From Planctomycetaceae bacterium (GTDB taxonomy: Bacteria > Planctomycetota > Planctomycetia > Planctomycetales > Planctomycetaceae), in assembly GCA_003508595.1 (NCBI GenBank), contig DNUF01000128.1:21069-85068 (forward strand): a stretch of DNA of 64,000 nucleotides. Direction: 5' to 3'. The notes beneath the pieces were generated by a model. That model was not told the origin of the DNA. It saw only the letters and a list, made by a program, of their open reading frames with translations, and made no database searches. The first letter of the stretch is position 1; each line of letters opens with the position of its first letter. Below, one piece after another: positions 37,850 to 47,418 of this stretch. Both the position numbers and the translations under genes were made by a program.

Positions 37850-37880
37850 TCCATTTGTCCGCAGATCCATTTGTCCGCAG
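37850..37880. repeat. tandem direct repeat TCCATTTGTCCGCAG x2 in a divergent promoter region
   Basis: Exact 15-mers at 37850-37864 and 37866-37880. They are flanked by two CAGCCCGATT copies (37831-37840 and 37878-37887). The region lies between the PSCyt gene start (37712) and the beta-propeller gene start (38114). Confidence 0.8.
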
Positions 37881-38113
37881 CCCGATTTTTCGCAGCCCCG
37901 CCACCTCGCCCCGGGTTCTCCCCGGCGTTTCGAGACCCCGGGAACCTGGGGATTCCAGAGCCAGTTCCCATCCCAGACGTGTCTGGAACCAGCCCCGACC
38001 AGAGACACACGTCGCCGCGGACAGAACTTCCCCGACTCACCAGCGCACTGTTCCCGTCGATCGGCTACAACGACGACACTGCGCCTGCCTGTCCCATAAC
38101 CGAGGTCCGTCTG

Positions 38114-39613
38114 ATGCGTTGGCTCTCATGCCTGTTCGTGGCCGGTCTGATGGCCGGGAACTGTCTCTCCCTTCTGTTCGCCGCCGACACCCCGGCCGGT
38201 CCCGTCGCCATCGGTTCCCGCCGCGAGTTGTTTGTGGATGACTTCCTCATCGAACGGCTGAGGAATGTTCGACTGGAACTGCAGCATCCCGTGCCGCAGG
38301 ACATCAGCTTCGCCTGCGATCAGCCGTGGGAAGGAAACACCTGCATCTACTTCCGGATCATCCCCGAGTCGGGGAAGTACCGCATGTGGTACCAGGGAGC
38401 CCACTGGCAACTCGACCCGGCCGAGCCCCCGACGCATCCCTACCACATCTGCTATGCCGAGAGCACCGATGGCATCACCTGGACCAAGCCAAACCTCGGG
38501 CTCATCGAGGTCAACGGTTCCACGCAGAACAACATCGTCGTCACCGGGATCTACGACAACTTCACCCCCTTCCGCGATGAGAATCCGAACTGTGCCCCCG
38601 AAGCCCGCTACAAGGCCCTGGGTCAATCGCGCGACGGCTTGATTGCCTGGCAGTCGCCCGATGGACTGCGCTGGACCCGGCTGGGAGATCAGCCGGTGAT
38701 CAGGCAGGGAGCCTTCGATTCACAAAACGTCGGTTTCTGGGACACGCATGAGAACCGCTACCGGGCCTACGTCCGCGATTTTCACGACGGCCAACGCGAC
38801 ATTCGTATCGCCTATTCCGATGACTTCCTTTCCTGGACCACCCCGAAACGGCTCACACTCACCCCCGAGGTGCCGCGCGAGCAGTACTACACCAACTGCA
38901 TTGATCGCTATCACCGCGCCCCGCACCTGTTCCTCGGCTTTCCCGTCCGCTACGTCGAGCGGAAATGGTCCCCCTCTATGCGGGCCCTGCCCGATCTCGC
39001 CCATCGCGAATTGAGAGCGAAGAAGGAAGAGCGGATTGGGACCGCCATCACCGATGGGGTCTTCATGTCAAGCCGCGATGGCGAGAACTTCCACCGCTGG
39101 AACGAAGCCTTCCTGCGGATCGGGCCCGAACGTCCCGGCTCGTGGGTCTATGGAGACTGCTACCCCGCGCACGGCCTGGTCGAAACCCCCAGCAAGCTCC
39201 CCGGTGCCCCGAACGAACTGTCGTTCTATGTCGCCGAACAGTACTGGCGCACGGCCGAAACGATCCGTCGCTGGACACTGCGGGTCGATGGCTTTGTCGC
39301 CGCGAAGGCCCCCTTCGAAGGGGGGGAACTGCTGACCAAGCCGTTCACCTTCACCGGACAGCGTCTCTCATTGAACTTCGCCACTTCGGCGGCAGGCAAC
39401 CTGTTTGTGGAGCTGACCGATTCCGAGGGAGAGCCGCTCGCCGGGTACTCGCTCGACGATTGCGACGAGACCTTCGGAGACAGTCTCGACCGCACGATCA
39501 GTTGGCGGGGAAAGACCGACACGTCGGCCCTAGTCGGCCAGACCGTTCGGCTGCGATTCCTGCTGCGGGATGCCGAGTTGTACTCGTTTCAGTTCACCGA
39601 TCCGAACCCGTAG
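38114..39613 (+). CDS. secreted beta-propeller glycoside-hydrolase-like protein (uncharacterised family), paralog A
   Basis: Start at ATG 38114 (MRWLSCLFVAGLMAG). Contains RRELFVDDFLIE, PWEGN, YRMWYQG, YAESTDGITWTKP and a C-terminal beta-sandwich-like LSLNFATSAAG...RLRF. By eye it is roughly 40-50 percent identical to the 40497..42038 gene. The function is inferred only from fold-like motifs. Confidence 0.6.
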   Translation: MRWLSCLFVAGLMAGNCLSLLFAADTPAGPVAIGSRRELFVDDFLIERLRNVRLELQHPVPQDISFACDQPWEGNTCIYFRIIPESGKYRMWYQGAHWQLDPAEPPTHPYHICYAESTDGITWTKPNLGLIEVNGSTQNNIVVTGIYDNFTPFRDENPNCAPEARYKALGQSRDGLIAWQSPDGLRWTRLGDQPVIRQGAFDSQNVGFWDTHENRYRAYVRDFHDGQRDIRIAYSDDFLSWTTPKRLTLTPEVPREQYYTNCIDRYHRAPHLFLGFPVRYVERKWSPSMRALPDLAHRELRAKKEERIGTAITDGVFMSSRDGENFHRWNEAFLRIGPERPGSWVYGDCYPAHGLVETPSKLPGAPNELSFYVAEQYWRTAETIRRWTLRVDGFVAAKAPFEGGELLTKPFTFTGQRLSLNFATSAAGNLFVELTDSEGEPLAGYSLDDCDETFGDSLDRTISWRGKTDTSALVGQTVRLRFLLRDAELYSFQFTDPNP

Positions 39614-39644
39614 TCGACGGCGAAACTCCCCACGCTCCAGGACC

Positions 39645-40154
39645 TCAGCCCGCAGTGGCCTCCCTCCCCTGCAGCACCGTCGACTTGATGTTGGTCAACT
39701 GGAAGGAATTCCGCATGATGGCCGGCCCGCCCACGCGGGTCACCGTGGCTCGGAAGTCAAACAACTGTTCGACCCGTTCTTCCAGCACAACCTTGACTTC
39801 CAGCAGATCCCCGGGTCGGGCGAAACTGCGATAGCGAGCCTGCTCGACCCGGACCAGCACGCCGAGGGCGTACTCATTGAAAAATGGGTCGGTTGTGTCA
39901 TAGACCGGCATCGGGTTGTATTCGGCCGCAATCAGAATTCCCGCCGATTGCGTCGTCAGTTCCTGCAGCATCGCCCCGGGAAAAATCGGAGAGCCGGGAA
40001 AGTGCCCCGCGAGAAAGAACTCGTCTCCCGTCACCCGCTTTCTGGTCACGATCCCGGTGGCACTGAGTTCCACGATCTCATCGACCAACAGGTATGGCGG
40101 CCGGTGGTGCAGGTACTGCTCGATCGAGGGGAACACGTGCCGGTGGAACTTCAT
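39645..40154 (-). CDS. FabA/FabZ-like hotdog-fold dehydratase
   Basis: 169 aa from ATG 40152-40154. HRPPYLLVDEI...GHFPGSPIFPGAMLQELTTQ contains the FabZ catalytic His and Glu contexts. Confidence 0.7.
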   Translation of the reverse strand: MKFHRHVFPSIEQYLHHRPPYLLVDEIVELSATGIVTRKRVTGDEFFLAGHFPGSPIFPGAMLQELTTQSAGILIAAEYNPMPVYDTTDPFFNEYALGVLVRVEQARYRSFARPGDLLEVKVVLEERVEQLFDFRATVTRVGGPAIMRNSFQLTNIKSTVLQGREATAG

Positions 40155-40496
40155 CGCCGGAATCTCCGCAAACGCTGGAAGAAAGGTTGACACTAACTGT
40201 AGTCGGCTGGCAATCGGTCGACCAAGCCCTTCGCGGTCGTCCTGCGACCTGGCAGTGACGGCCGGCGTTCCTTCCCCCCCTGGCAGTCCGCCCGCCCCCG
40301 TCCCAAGCCATTGGCGGCCGACAAAAACCGCCGGTATAAACAGGCCGACCCGCGGATCCAGCGGACCAGGACGGATCGGATTCCGAGGCACGGCCACACC
40401 GGGACTTCCCGGGTGACCAGGTCAAGTCTCCCCGCCGAATGGCCCGGGCCGACTGCCGTTCCCCACAGACACAACCTGCTTTCCGAGGAACCTTCC

Positions 40497-42038
40497 ATGC
40501 TGACTCGCCTGTGTCTCGCATTCGCGGTTTTGGTCTTGAGTCTGCCGTCGTCAATCGGCGCGGCCGAACCTTTGGCCCTTGGCGGTCGGCGGGAACTGTT
40601 TGTCGACACGTCGCTGCTGGAACCTCTCGAAGGGCGCGCACAACTGCGGTTGCACCACCCCACCCCGCGCGAGGTCGCCCTCACACTGAATGAGCCCTGG
40701 GAGGGAAATTCCAGCGGCTACGCGACGGTGATCCAGGAGGGCCATCGCTACCGGATGTACTACCGGGGCCACCGCTACCTGCTGGATCCCCCTCCGCTGC
40801 GACAGGCGCAGTCGGAGGTGGTCTGCTATGCCGAAAGTGACGACGGCATTCACTGGAAAAAACCGGCGCTCGGGCTTTTCGACTGGCCTCCCACGCAGAA
40901 CAACACCGGCCACAAGCAGAACAACATCGTCTGGCGCGGGGGGGCCGAGACCCACAACTTCGCCCCGTTTCTCGACACCAATCCCCAGGCCCGGCCCGAT
41001 GAGAAATTCAAGGCCGTGGGAGGAACCACCAGCAGCAAGGGTCTGCTGACATTTGCATCCGGCGATGGGCTTCATTGGCGGCAGTTGAGCGAGACCCCGG
41101 TGGTCACCCAGGGTGCGTTCGACTCGCACAACACCGTCTTCTGGGATCCAACCCACCAGCGCTACACGATGTTCACTCGGTTTTTCAGCGAAGAGAACTT
41201 CAAGGGTCTCCGTTCCATCGGGGTGTCGTTCTCGACCGACTTCCGCACCTGGTCGACACCGGTCGGGCTGACCTATCCGAACTCGCCACCCCAGCAGATG
41301 TATACGAACCAGATTGCACCGTACTACCGTGCTCCTCACATCCTGTTGGGATTTCCCACCCGATTCGTCGCCCGGCCGCTGTCCCGACAGGCCCAGTCTC
41401 TTGAACCGGTCCAAACCCGCAAACTGTTTTATGAATCGATCAGGGAGAGTGGTGCCTACACCGGGGCCGAGGTGACCGACGGCTGTTTCATGAGCAGCCG
41501 TGACGGGCAGGCGTTCCACCGCTGGGATGAAGCGTTCCTCCGGCCCGGACGCGAAGGGGAGGGACGCTGGATCTACGGCGACAACTACCAGAGCTATGGC
41601 CTGTTTGAGACCAGGGCCGAGGGTCCCGGCCTGCCCAACGAGATTTCGCTGCACTTCAACGAGGGGGCCTGGCGCGATGAGATGCATCGGCTGCGGCGAT
41701 ACACCATTCGGCTTGATGGATTTGTATCGCTCAACGCCCCCTTCTCTGGCGGCACTGCGACCACCGTCCCGGTCACCTTCACGGGGGACCGCTTGTCCCT
41801 CAACTTCGCCACCTCGGCGGCGGGCTCGGTGCGTGTGGCCCTGCTCGATGCCGGGGGAAAACCACTACCGGGCTTCGACCTCACCGACTGCGACGAACTT
41901 TTCGGCGACACGGTTGATCGGACGGTCACGTGGCATGACGCGGCCGATCTCTCAGCCCTGGCAGGTCGCCCCATTCGCCTCAGTTTCGCCCTGCAGGACG
42001 CCGACCTGTTTTCCTTCCAATTCGTGTCCGCCCAGTGA
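40497..42038 (+). CDS. secreted beta-propeller glycoside-hydrolase-like protein (uncharacterised family), paralog B
   Basis: Start at ATG 40497 (MLTRLCLAFAVLVLSL). It has the same motif order as paralog A (RRELFVDTSLLE, PWEGN, YRMYYRG, YAESDDGIHWKKP, LSLNFATSAAG, RLSF). Confidence 0.6.
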   Translation: MLTRLCLAFAVLVLSLPSSIGAAEPLALGGRRELFVDTSLLEPLEGRAQLRLHHPTPREVALTLNEPWEGNSSGYATVIQEGHRYRMYYRGHRYLLDPPPLRQAQSEVVCYAESDDGIHWKKPALGLFDWPPTQNNTGHKQNNIVWRGGAETHNFAPFLDTNPQARPDEKFKAVGGTTSSKGLLTFASGDGLHWRQLSETPVVTQGAFDSHNTVFWDPTHQRYTMFTRFFSEENFKGLRSIGVSFSTDFRTWSTPVGLTYPNSPPQQMYTNQIAPYYRAPHILLGFPTRFVARPLSRQAQSLEPVQTRKLFYESIRESGAYTGAEVTDGCFMSSRDGQAFHRWDEAFLRPGREGEGRWIYGDNYQSYGLFETRAEGPGLPNEISLHFNEGAWRDEMHRLRRYTIRLDGFVSLNAPFSGGTATTVPVTFTGDRLSLNFATSAAGSVRVALLDAGGKPLPGFDLTDCDELFGDTVDRTVTWHDAADLSALAGRPIRLSFALQDADLFSFQFVSAQ

Positions 42039-42109
42039 CGCGGCCTGATACGCATCGAGAGTCCCCCCCTCCCCCCGCAAGTTTCCGAGTCATTCCCCAC
42101 AGGTGATCG

Positions 42110-43315
42110 ATGGCTTCCCTCCGAATTGCCAGCCAGCCACAGCCACCTCACCCGGCCACGGGGATCCTCGTTCGTGTCGGTTGCCTCTGGCTGATTGTCA
42201 CCTCGGGTCTGGCGGCCTCGGAACCTCCTCGCCGGCCGCAATTGCACCGACTGCATCACGCGATCGTCACCGACACCATTCCCGATGCCCAGTCGCCCTG
42301 TGGCCTGGCGCGCGATCCCGTCGATGGCAGCCTTGTGCTCGGCTTCCAGGACAAGGGAGACGTCGTTGCCGGGACGGTCACCCACTTTGTCCGCAGTCAC
42401 GATGGGGGACAGACATGGAGCCCGCCGTTCGCCAGCTACCGTCATCCCGACAAGTCGGTGGGAGCCGCCATCGGTTTCACCCAACTCTCGCCCCGTCAGA
42501 CCGTGGCGGTGATCATGGAGATCACCCATACAGATGTCTCGGTCGAGGGTTTCCGGGCGCCCCGCCAATCGCGCACCCTGTTCGCCCGATTCGATCCCCA
42601 CACCGCCGGCGTGACCCCCGTTTCGGTCTTGCCCCAACCCCCCGAGACCCTCGTGGGGGCGATGCCCCAGAACCTTGTCACCCTGCGCAATGGTGACCTC
42701 GTGCTGCCCGCGTACCTCACGCCCATGGATTGGGCCAGGCCCACTCCGGGCGTCGATTACGGATCGGGATTGTTTCGCAGCCGGGATGGGGGACAGACCT
42801 GGAGTCGGTTCTCCCGCATCTTCGGCCCCCACCCCACCCAGCCCGAAATCTTCCACAACGAGTCGGTGATCTTCGAGAAAGCCGACGGCACGCTTGTCGC
42901 TTTCGCCCGCTACGACAACGAGACCCCACCCCGCAACCGGCGGATGGGCAAGGTGGTGTCGCGCGACGCCGGGCAGACCTGGAGTGACACGGTCGACAGC
43001 GATCTGCCGGCGATTTGCCCGGCCCAGCTCCGGTTGCCGGGGGGTGGCTACCTGATGTTTGCGGGGGCCCTCGACGAACCCACCCCACGCACCTGCATGC
43101 TTTACCACAGCCTCGACGGCGAAACCTTCACCAAGCTCGGCCAGCCATTTTATTCCCGCACCGGCGGTCATCCCTTCAACACGGCAACGGGAGGTTCGCA
43201 GGTACTGCTGCCCCTGGGAGATGACCGGTTCGTGCTGGCGTTCTACGCCGGCGATCGCGACCTCCCCGGCCGGGACAAGACCTACATCGACAGCAATGTC
43301 GTCGAATTGCGCTGA
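42110..43315 (+). CDS. BNR/Asp-box repeat protein (sialidase-like beta-propeller)
   Basis: Three SxDxGxTW boxes (SHDGGQTW, SRDGGQTW, SRDAGQTW) and a signal-like N-terminus. Confidence 0.7.
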   Translation: MASLRIASQPQPPHPATGILVRVGCLWLIVTSGLAASEPPRRPQLHRLHHAIVTDTIPDAQSPCGLARDPVDGSLVLGFQDKGDVVAGTVTHFVRSHDGGQTWSPPFASYRHPDKSVGAAIGFTQLSPRQTVAVIMEITHTDVSVEGFRAPRQSRTLFARFDPHTAGVTPVSVLPQPPETLVGAMPQNLVTLRNGDLVLPAYLTPMDWARPTPGVDYGSGLFRSRDGGQTWSRFSRIFGPHPTQPEIFHNESVIFEKADGTLVAFARYDNETPPRNRRMGKVVSRDAGQTWSDTVDSDLPAICPAQLRLPGGGYLMFAGALDEPTPRTCMLYHSLDGETFTKLGQPFYSRTGGHPFNTATGGSQVLLPLGDDRFVLAFYAGDRDLPGRDKTYIDSNVVELR

Positions 43316-43556
43316 GGACCCGCTGTCTCCGCAGTGGTCATACAACATGATTTCGCGGAGCGGGGCTCAGGAAGCCTCTCACTTCCGTCACCGCAAGAAT
43401 GCCGGTGCCTCCTGGAACGGCCCCCCTCCTTGGTGCGCATGCTCGACCCAGGCGAGTGCGCATCCGATGTCTCCGCCAGATGCCCGAAAAGTGTCTCGTT
43501 GGGCGTCGCGACGGCGGGGATCGGGTGCAGGCAGGTTTTTCTTTCACCTGCGGCAC

Positions 43557-45005
43557 TCAGCGCAAAACGCCCGGGATCGGCTCGGCGGTTCCCGCCACCC
43601 CGGCCAGCCGTTCCTGACGTCCATTGACCTCATAAGACAGCGCCGTCCAGTCGAGACCCAGTGCGTCGAGAATGGTGGCGTGCAGATTGCGGAAGGGAAT
43701 TGGCTGCTCCACCGCCATCAGGCCGATCTCATCGGTGGCCCCGATCCGCTGGCAACCCTGCACCCCGCCACCCGCCATCCAGATGGTGAAGCCCGCGGCG
43801 TTGTGCTGCCGGCCGTTCTCTCCCTGCATCATCGGGGTCCGTCCAAATTCGCTCGCCCAGATGACCAGGGTCGAGTCGAGCAGGCCCCGCTGCTTCAGGT
43901 CCCGGATCAACGCCGCAGTCGCCCGGTCGGTCCAGCGGGCACGGGGCACGTGGTTCCCCACGAGGTCGCCATGCGCGTCCCAGCCATCCTTGTCGGGCAT
44001 GTCATAAACCTGCACGAAGCGGACACCCCGCTCCACCAGACGGCGGGCCAGCAGGCACTTGCGGGCAAATGACGCCGTCCGCTCTTCCGGATCATTCACC
44101 CCATACTCAGCCTGCGTTGCCTCGGTCTCGGCCGAGAGATCTCCCGCCTCGGGTGCCGACGACTGCATGCGGTACGCGAGCTCATACGTCGCGATGCGGG
44201 CCTCCAGCTCGGCACTCGTCCGCGATTCGCGGTGACGGGCATTCATCCGCCCCACCAAATCGAGCGTGGCGCGGCGACTGGCCGAGAACGGCTCGGGAGT
44301 CGCCAGGTCGAGCACGGGGACCCCGCGGTCGCGCAATCGTGTCGGCTGATACGCGGGGGGGAGAAAACCATTCGAGTAGTTCGCCGCTCCCCCGAGAGGT
44401 CCCACGTCGAACAGGGCGACGTAACCGGGCAGATCCTGGTTCTCGGTCCCCAACCCGTAGGTCACCCACGACCCGAGGCTCGCCTTCCCCGGACGCACAT
44501 CCCCCGTGTGAAGCTGATAACTCGCAGGGGCGTGGTTGTTCGATTCGGCCTGCAGCGAGTGGATGAAGCACAACTCATCCACCACCCCGGCAGTCTGCGG
44601 AAACAGCTCGCTGACCTCGATGCCCAACTCCCCCACCCGCCGGAACGCAAACGGGCTCCCGTAGAGTTCTTCTTTGCAGCCATGAAACACGTTGGCATGC
44701 CGGCTCCCCTCCACCGCCTGGCGGATCCCATCGGGAACCTTCTGCCCATGCAATTGCTGCAGCAGTGGCTTGTAGTCGAACGTGTCGACCGACGACGGCC
44801 CCCCCATGAGAAAGAGAAAAATCACCGAACGGGCCCGTGGCTCGTGATCGGGCCTCCGGGGAGCAAACGGCTCGCGCGGGTCGGGCATCCCGGCCACCAC
44901 GGGACGTGACCATTGCTCGAGTGCCGTCAGCGCAACCGTTCCCAGTCCTCCCGCCGAGGCCAAAAACCGCCGTCGTTCATGCTCGCGCGGGACAATCCAA
45001 CTCAT
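43557..45005 (-). CDS. DUF1501 domain protein (sulfatase-like, Tat signal)
   Basis: Twin-arginine N-terminus (ERRRFLASAGGLG). FLMGGPSSVDTFDYKP and SEFGRTP...GRQHN...MAGGGV are typical DUF1501 motifs. Confidence 0.85.
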   Translation of the reverse strand: MSWIVPREHERRRFLASAGGLGTVALTALEQWSRPVVAGMPDPREPFAPRRPDHEPRARSVIFLFLMGGPSSVDTFDYKPLLQQLHGQKVPDGIRQAVEGSRHANVFHGCKEELYGSPFAFRRVGELGIEVSELFPQTAGVVDELCFIHSLQAESNNHAPASYQLHTGDVRPGKASLGSWVTYGLGTENQDLPGYVALFDVGPLGGAANYSNGFLPPAYQPTRLRDRGVPVLDLATPEPFSASRRATLDLVGRMNARHRESRTSAELEARIATYELAYRMQSSAPEAGDLSAETEATQAEYGVNDPEERTASFARKCLLARRLVERGVRFVQVYDMPDKDGWDAHGDLVGNHVPRARWTDRATAALIRDLKQRGLLDSTLVIWASEFGRTPMMQGENGRQHNAAGFTIWMAGGGVQGCQRIGATDEIGLMAVEQPIPFRNLHATILDALGLDWTALSYEVNGRQERLAGVAGTAEPIPGVLR

Positions 45006-45177
45006 TTCGCCACATTACCCCGAGCCATTCCGCTCGCACAAGTGAGGCTTGATCCGTCTCGCACCGCCGATCCGCGCCACCTACAATCAAACCGGTCAAT
45101 CATGTCTGCCAATCACTGCGGGCCATGTCTCAAATTGGCCCACTGTTCGAACTCCGCCCGACTCACGCTGCCGTCGC

Positions 45178-47370
45178 ATGCCCTGCCGTCATTTTCTGGT
45201 CTGTTGCCTGCTCGCCGCCAGCCTGTCGCTGGCCGCCGGTGTGCCACGCACCTGGTCGGCAGAGGAGGTTGACACAGCCCCCACCCCCATCGGTGATGCC
45301 TGGAACGACCCGCGCAATCCGGTGGTCCAGCGGTTTGGTCGAGCCCGTCTCGAGCTCTGGTCGCTGCGTCCCGTTCAACCGGTCGCGATTCCCGACGCAT
45401 CGGTGGAAGAACCCAGCGGTTCACAACCCATCGACCGATTCATCGCCGCCCGGCTGGCTGCTCACCAGCTGCGGCCCAATCCTCCCGCCGATCGGCGAAC
45501 CCTCGCCCGTCGGGCCTCGTTCCAGCTGATCGGGCTCCCCCCCGACCCACAGCGACTGCGCGATCTGCTTGACGATGACCGCCCCGATGCCTTTGTCCGC
45601 TATGTCGATGAACTGCTGGCGTCGCCGCGGTATGGCGAACATGGGGCCCGGCTGTGGCTGGATGTGGTTCGCTACAGCGACAGCAATGGATTCGACTGGG
45701 ATGAATTCCGTCCCGAGGCGTGGCGTTTTCGCGACTATGTCATCGCCTCGCTGAATGCCGACAAACCCTTCGACCAGTTCCTCGTCGAGCAACTGGCGGG
45801 CGATGAACTGCTTGCCGGCCCGCCCCAGTCTCACGAAGAGCAGCAGGCCCTGCTGGCCACCGGCTACCTCCGGCTGGGCCCGCACGACAATGCGGCTCCG
45901 CTCTTCAATGAACAAGACCGCTCGCGCGCCGAGTTGATGGCCGACCTCGTCGAGACCACCGGCAGCGCCTTTCTCGGTCTCACCCTCTCGTGCTGTCGGT
46001 GCCACGATCACAAGACCGATCCACTGCTGCAGGCCGATCATTTCCGTCTGCGGGCCTTCTTCGAGGCGGTTCGCCCCGCCGATGACCTCGCGGTCGACCT
46101 CGCCCCGATTCAACACGAGATCGAAACCCACAACCAGCAGATTGACGCGCAGCTCACCGAGATCGCGGCTCAAAAAGACCACTGGCTCGCAACGGTCAAG
46201 CAGCGGCTGAATGCCGAGGGGAAGACCGATCCCTCAGAGGCCGACCTTGATCAGGCTCTCAGCGAGGCCGAGAGACAGCAGAGGGACCACTTTCAGTCTC
46301 GCGAAAAAGAACTTGGCGCGCAGAGGCGAAGTCCGCAATCCGCCCTGCTGATGACCGATGCTCCCGGAGACGTTTCCCCAACGCACGTACTTTTCCAGGG
46401 CGATTATCGCACTCCCCGCGAACCGGTCTCGGCCGGATTCCTCTCGCTGCTCGATCCTGCCTCGGCTGACATCGTACGGGGAGCCAACACAGCCACCACG
46501 GGCCGGCGTCTGACCCTCGCCCGCTGGATGACCGATCCGGCCAATCCCCTCACCCGCCGCGTAGTGGTGAATCGTGTCTGGCAGGCGCTGTTTGGACAGG
46601 GGCTGGTGGCCACCCCCAACGATTTCGGACTCTCGGGGGTTCCCCCCACCCATCCCGAACTGCTGGACTGGCTCGCCGACGAGTTGTTGAACAACGGTTG
46701 GTCGCTCAAGTCGCTGCAACGGCAGATTCTCCTCAGCGACACCTGGCAACAGAGTTCACAGGTCCCACCCGATCAGGCTGGCCGCGATACCCACAACGAA
46801 TGGCTCGGTCGGTCCAACGTGCGACGCCTCTCGGCCGAGCAGCTTCGCGACGCCCTGTTGGCCACGTCGGGACTTTTGACCAGCAAGCACGGCGGTCCTC
46901 CGGTCTGGCCCGAATTGCCCGCCGAGATCCTGCAGGCCAATCCCGCCTTTCTCGACGACAACGCGACGCGCACCAAGGGTTGGTACCCTTCCCCCCCGCA
47001 CGAGCAACATTGCCGCAGCCTGTTTCTCGTTCAGAAACGAGGGGTGAAGGTCCCCTTCCTGGAAACGTTCGATCTTCCCGAGAACATCGTCTCTTGCGGC
47101 CGGCGAAACTCATCGACCGTCGCCCCGCAGGCCCTGTCGCTGCTGAACTCGGACCTCGCACTGGCCGCCTCCCTGGGACTCTCCCAGCGGGTCACGTCGC
47201 ACGCCGGTGAGGAACACGACCGACAGATCGAGACGCTGTTCGAACTTGCCCTGCAACGGGCCCCCACACGCGAAGAAATGGTCGAATGCCGTGGGTTTCT
47301 CGCCGACTATTCGCTCGCCGAACTGTGCCGGGGGATTTTGAACCTCAACGAATTCGCCTACCTCGACTGA
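45178..47370 (+). CDS. DUF1549/DUF1553 (PSCyt2/PSD1) domain protein
   Basis: Start at ATG 45178 (MPCRHFLVCCLLAASLSLAAG). Contains DRFI..RL, YGEHGARLWLDVVRYSDSNGF, CCRCHDHKTDP and a DUF1553-like C-terminus ending NLNEFAYLD. It is divergent from the DUF1501 gene. Confidence 0.85.
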   Translation: MPCRHFLVCCLLAASLSLAAGVPRTWSAEEVDTAPTPIGDAWNDPRNPVVQRFGRARLELWSLRPVQPVAIPDASVEEPSGSQPIDRFIAARLAAHQLRPNPPADRRTLARRASFQLIGLPPDPQRLRDLLDDDRPDAFVRYVDELLASPRYGEHGARLWLDVVRYSDSNGFDWDEFRPEAWRFRDYVIASLNADKPFDQFLVEQLAGDELLAGPPQSHEEQQALLATGYLRLGPHDNAAPLFNEQDRSRAELMADLVETTGSAFLGLTLSCCRCHDHKTDPLLQADHFRLRAFFEAVRPADDLAVDLAPIQHEIETHNQQIDAQLTEIAAQKDHWLATVKQRLNAEGKTDPSEADLDQALSEAERQQRDHFQSREKELGAQRRSPQSALLMTDAPGDVSPTHVLFQGDYRTPREPVSAGFLSLLDPASADIVRGANTATTGRRLTLARWMTDPANPLTRRVVVNRVWQALFGQGLVATPNDFGLSGVPPTHPELLDWLADELLNNGWSLKSLQRQILLSDTWQQSSQVPPDQAGRDTHNEWLGRSNVRRLSAEQLRDALLATSGLLTSKHGGPPVWPELPAEILQANPAFLDDNATRTKGWYPSPPHEQHCRSLFLVQKRGVKVPFLETFDLPENIVSCGRRNSSTVAPQALSLLNSDLALAASLGLSQRVTSHAGEEHDRQIETLFELALQRAPTREEMVECRGFLADYSLAELCRGILNLNEFAYLD

Positions 47371-47418
47371 AGTACGGTCGCTCTGCGGTGCCCGTTCCAG
47401 CCGCGGGGTCAAATCGCT

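Noticed and set aside
40187-40220. TTGACA hexamer at 40187-40192 as a promoter for the 40497 gene
   Set aside because: There is no convincing -10 element at 16-18 bp spacing (GCAATC at best). Planctomycete promoter consensus is uncertain, so there is not enough support to call a feature.
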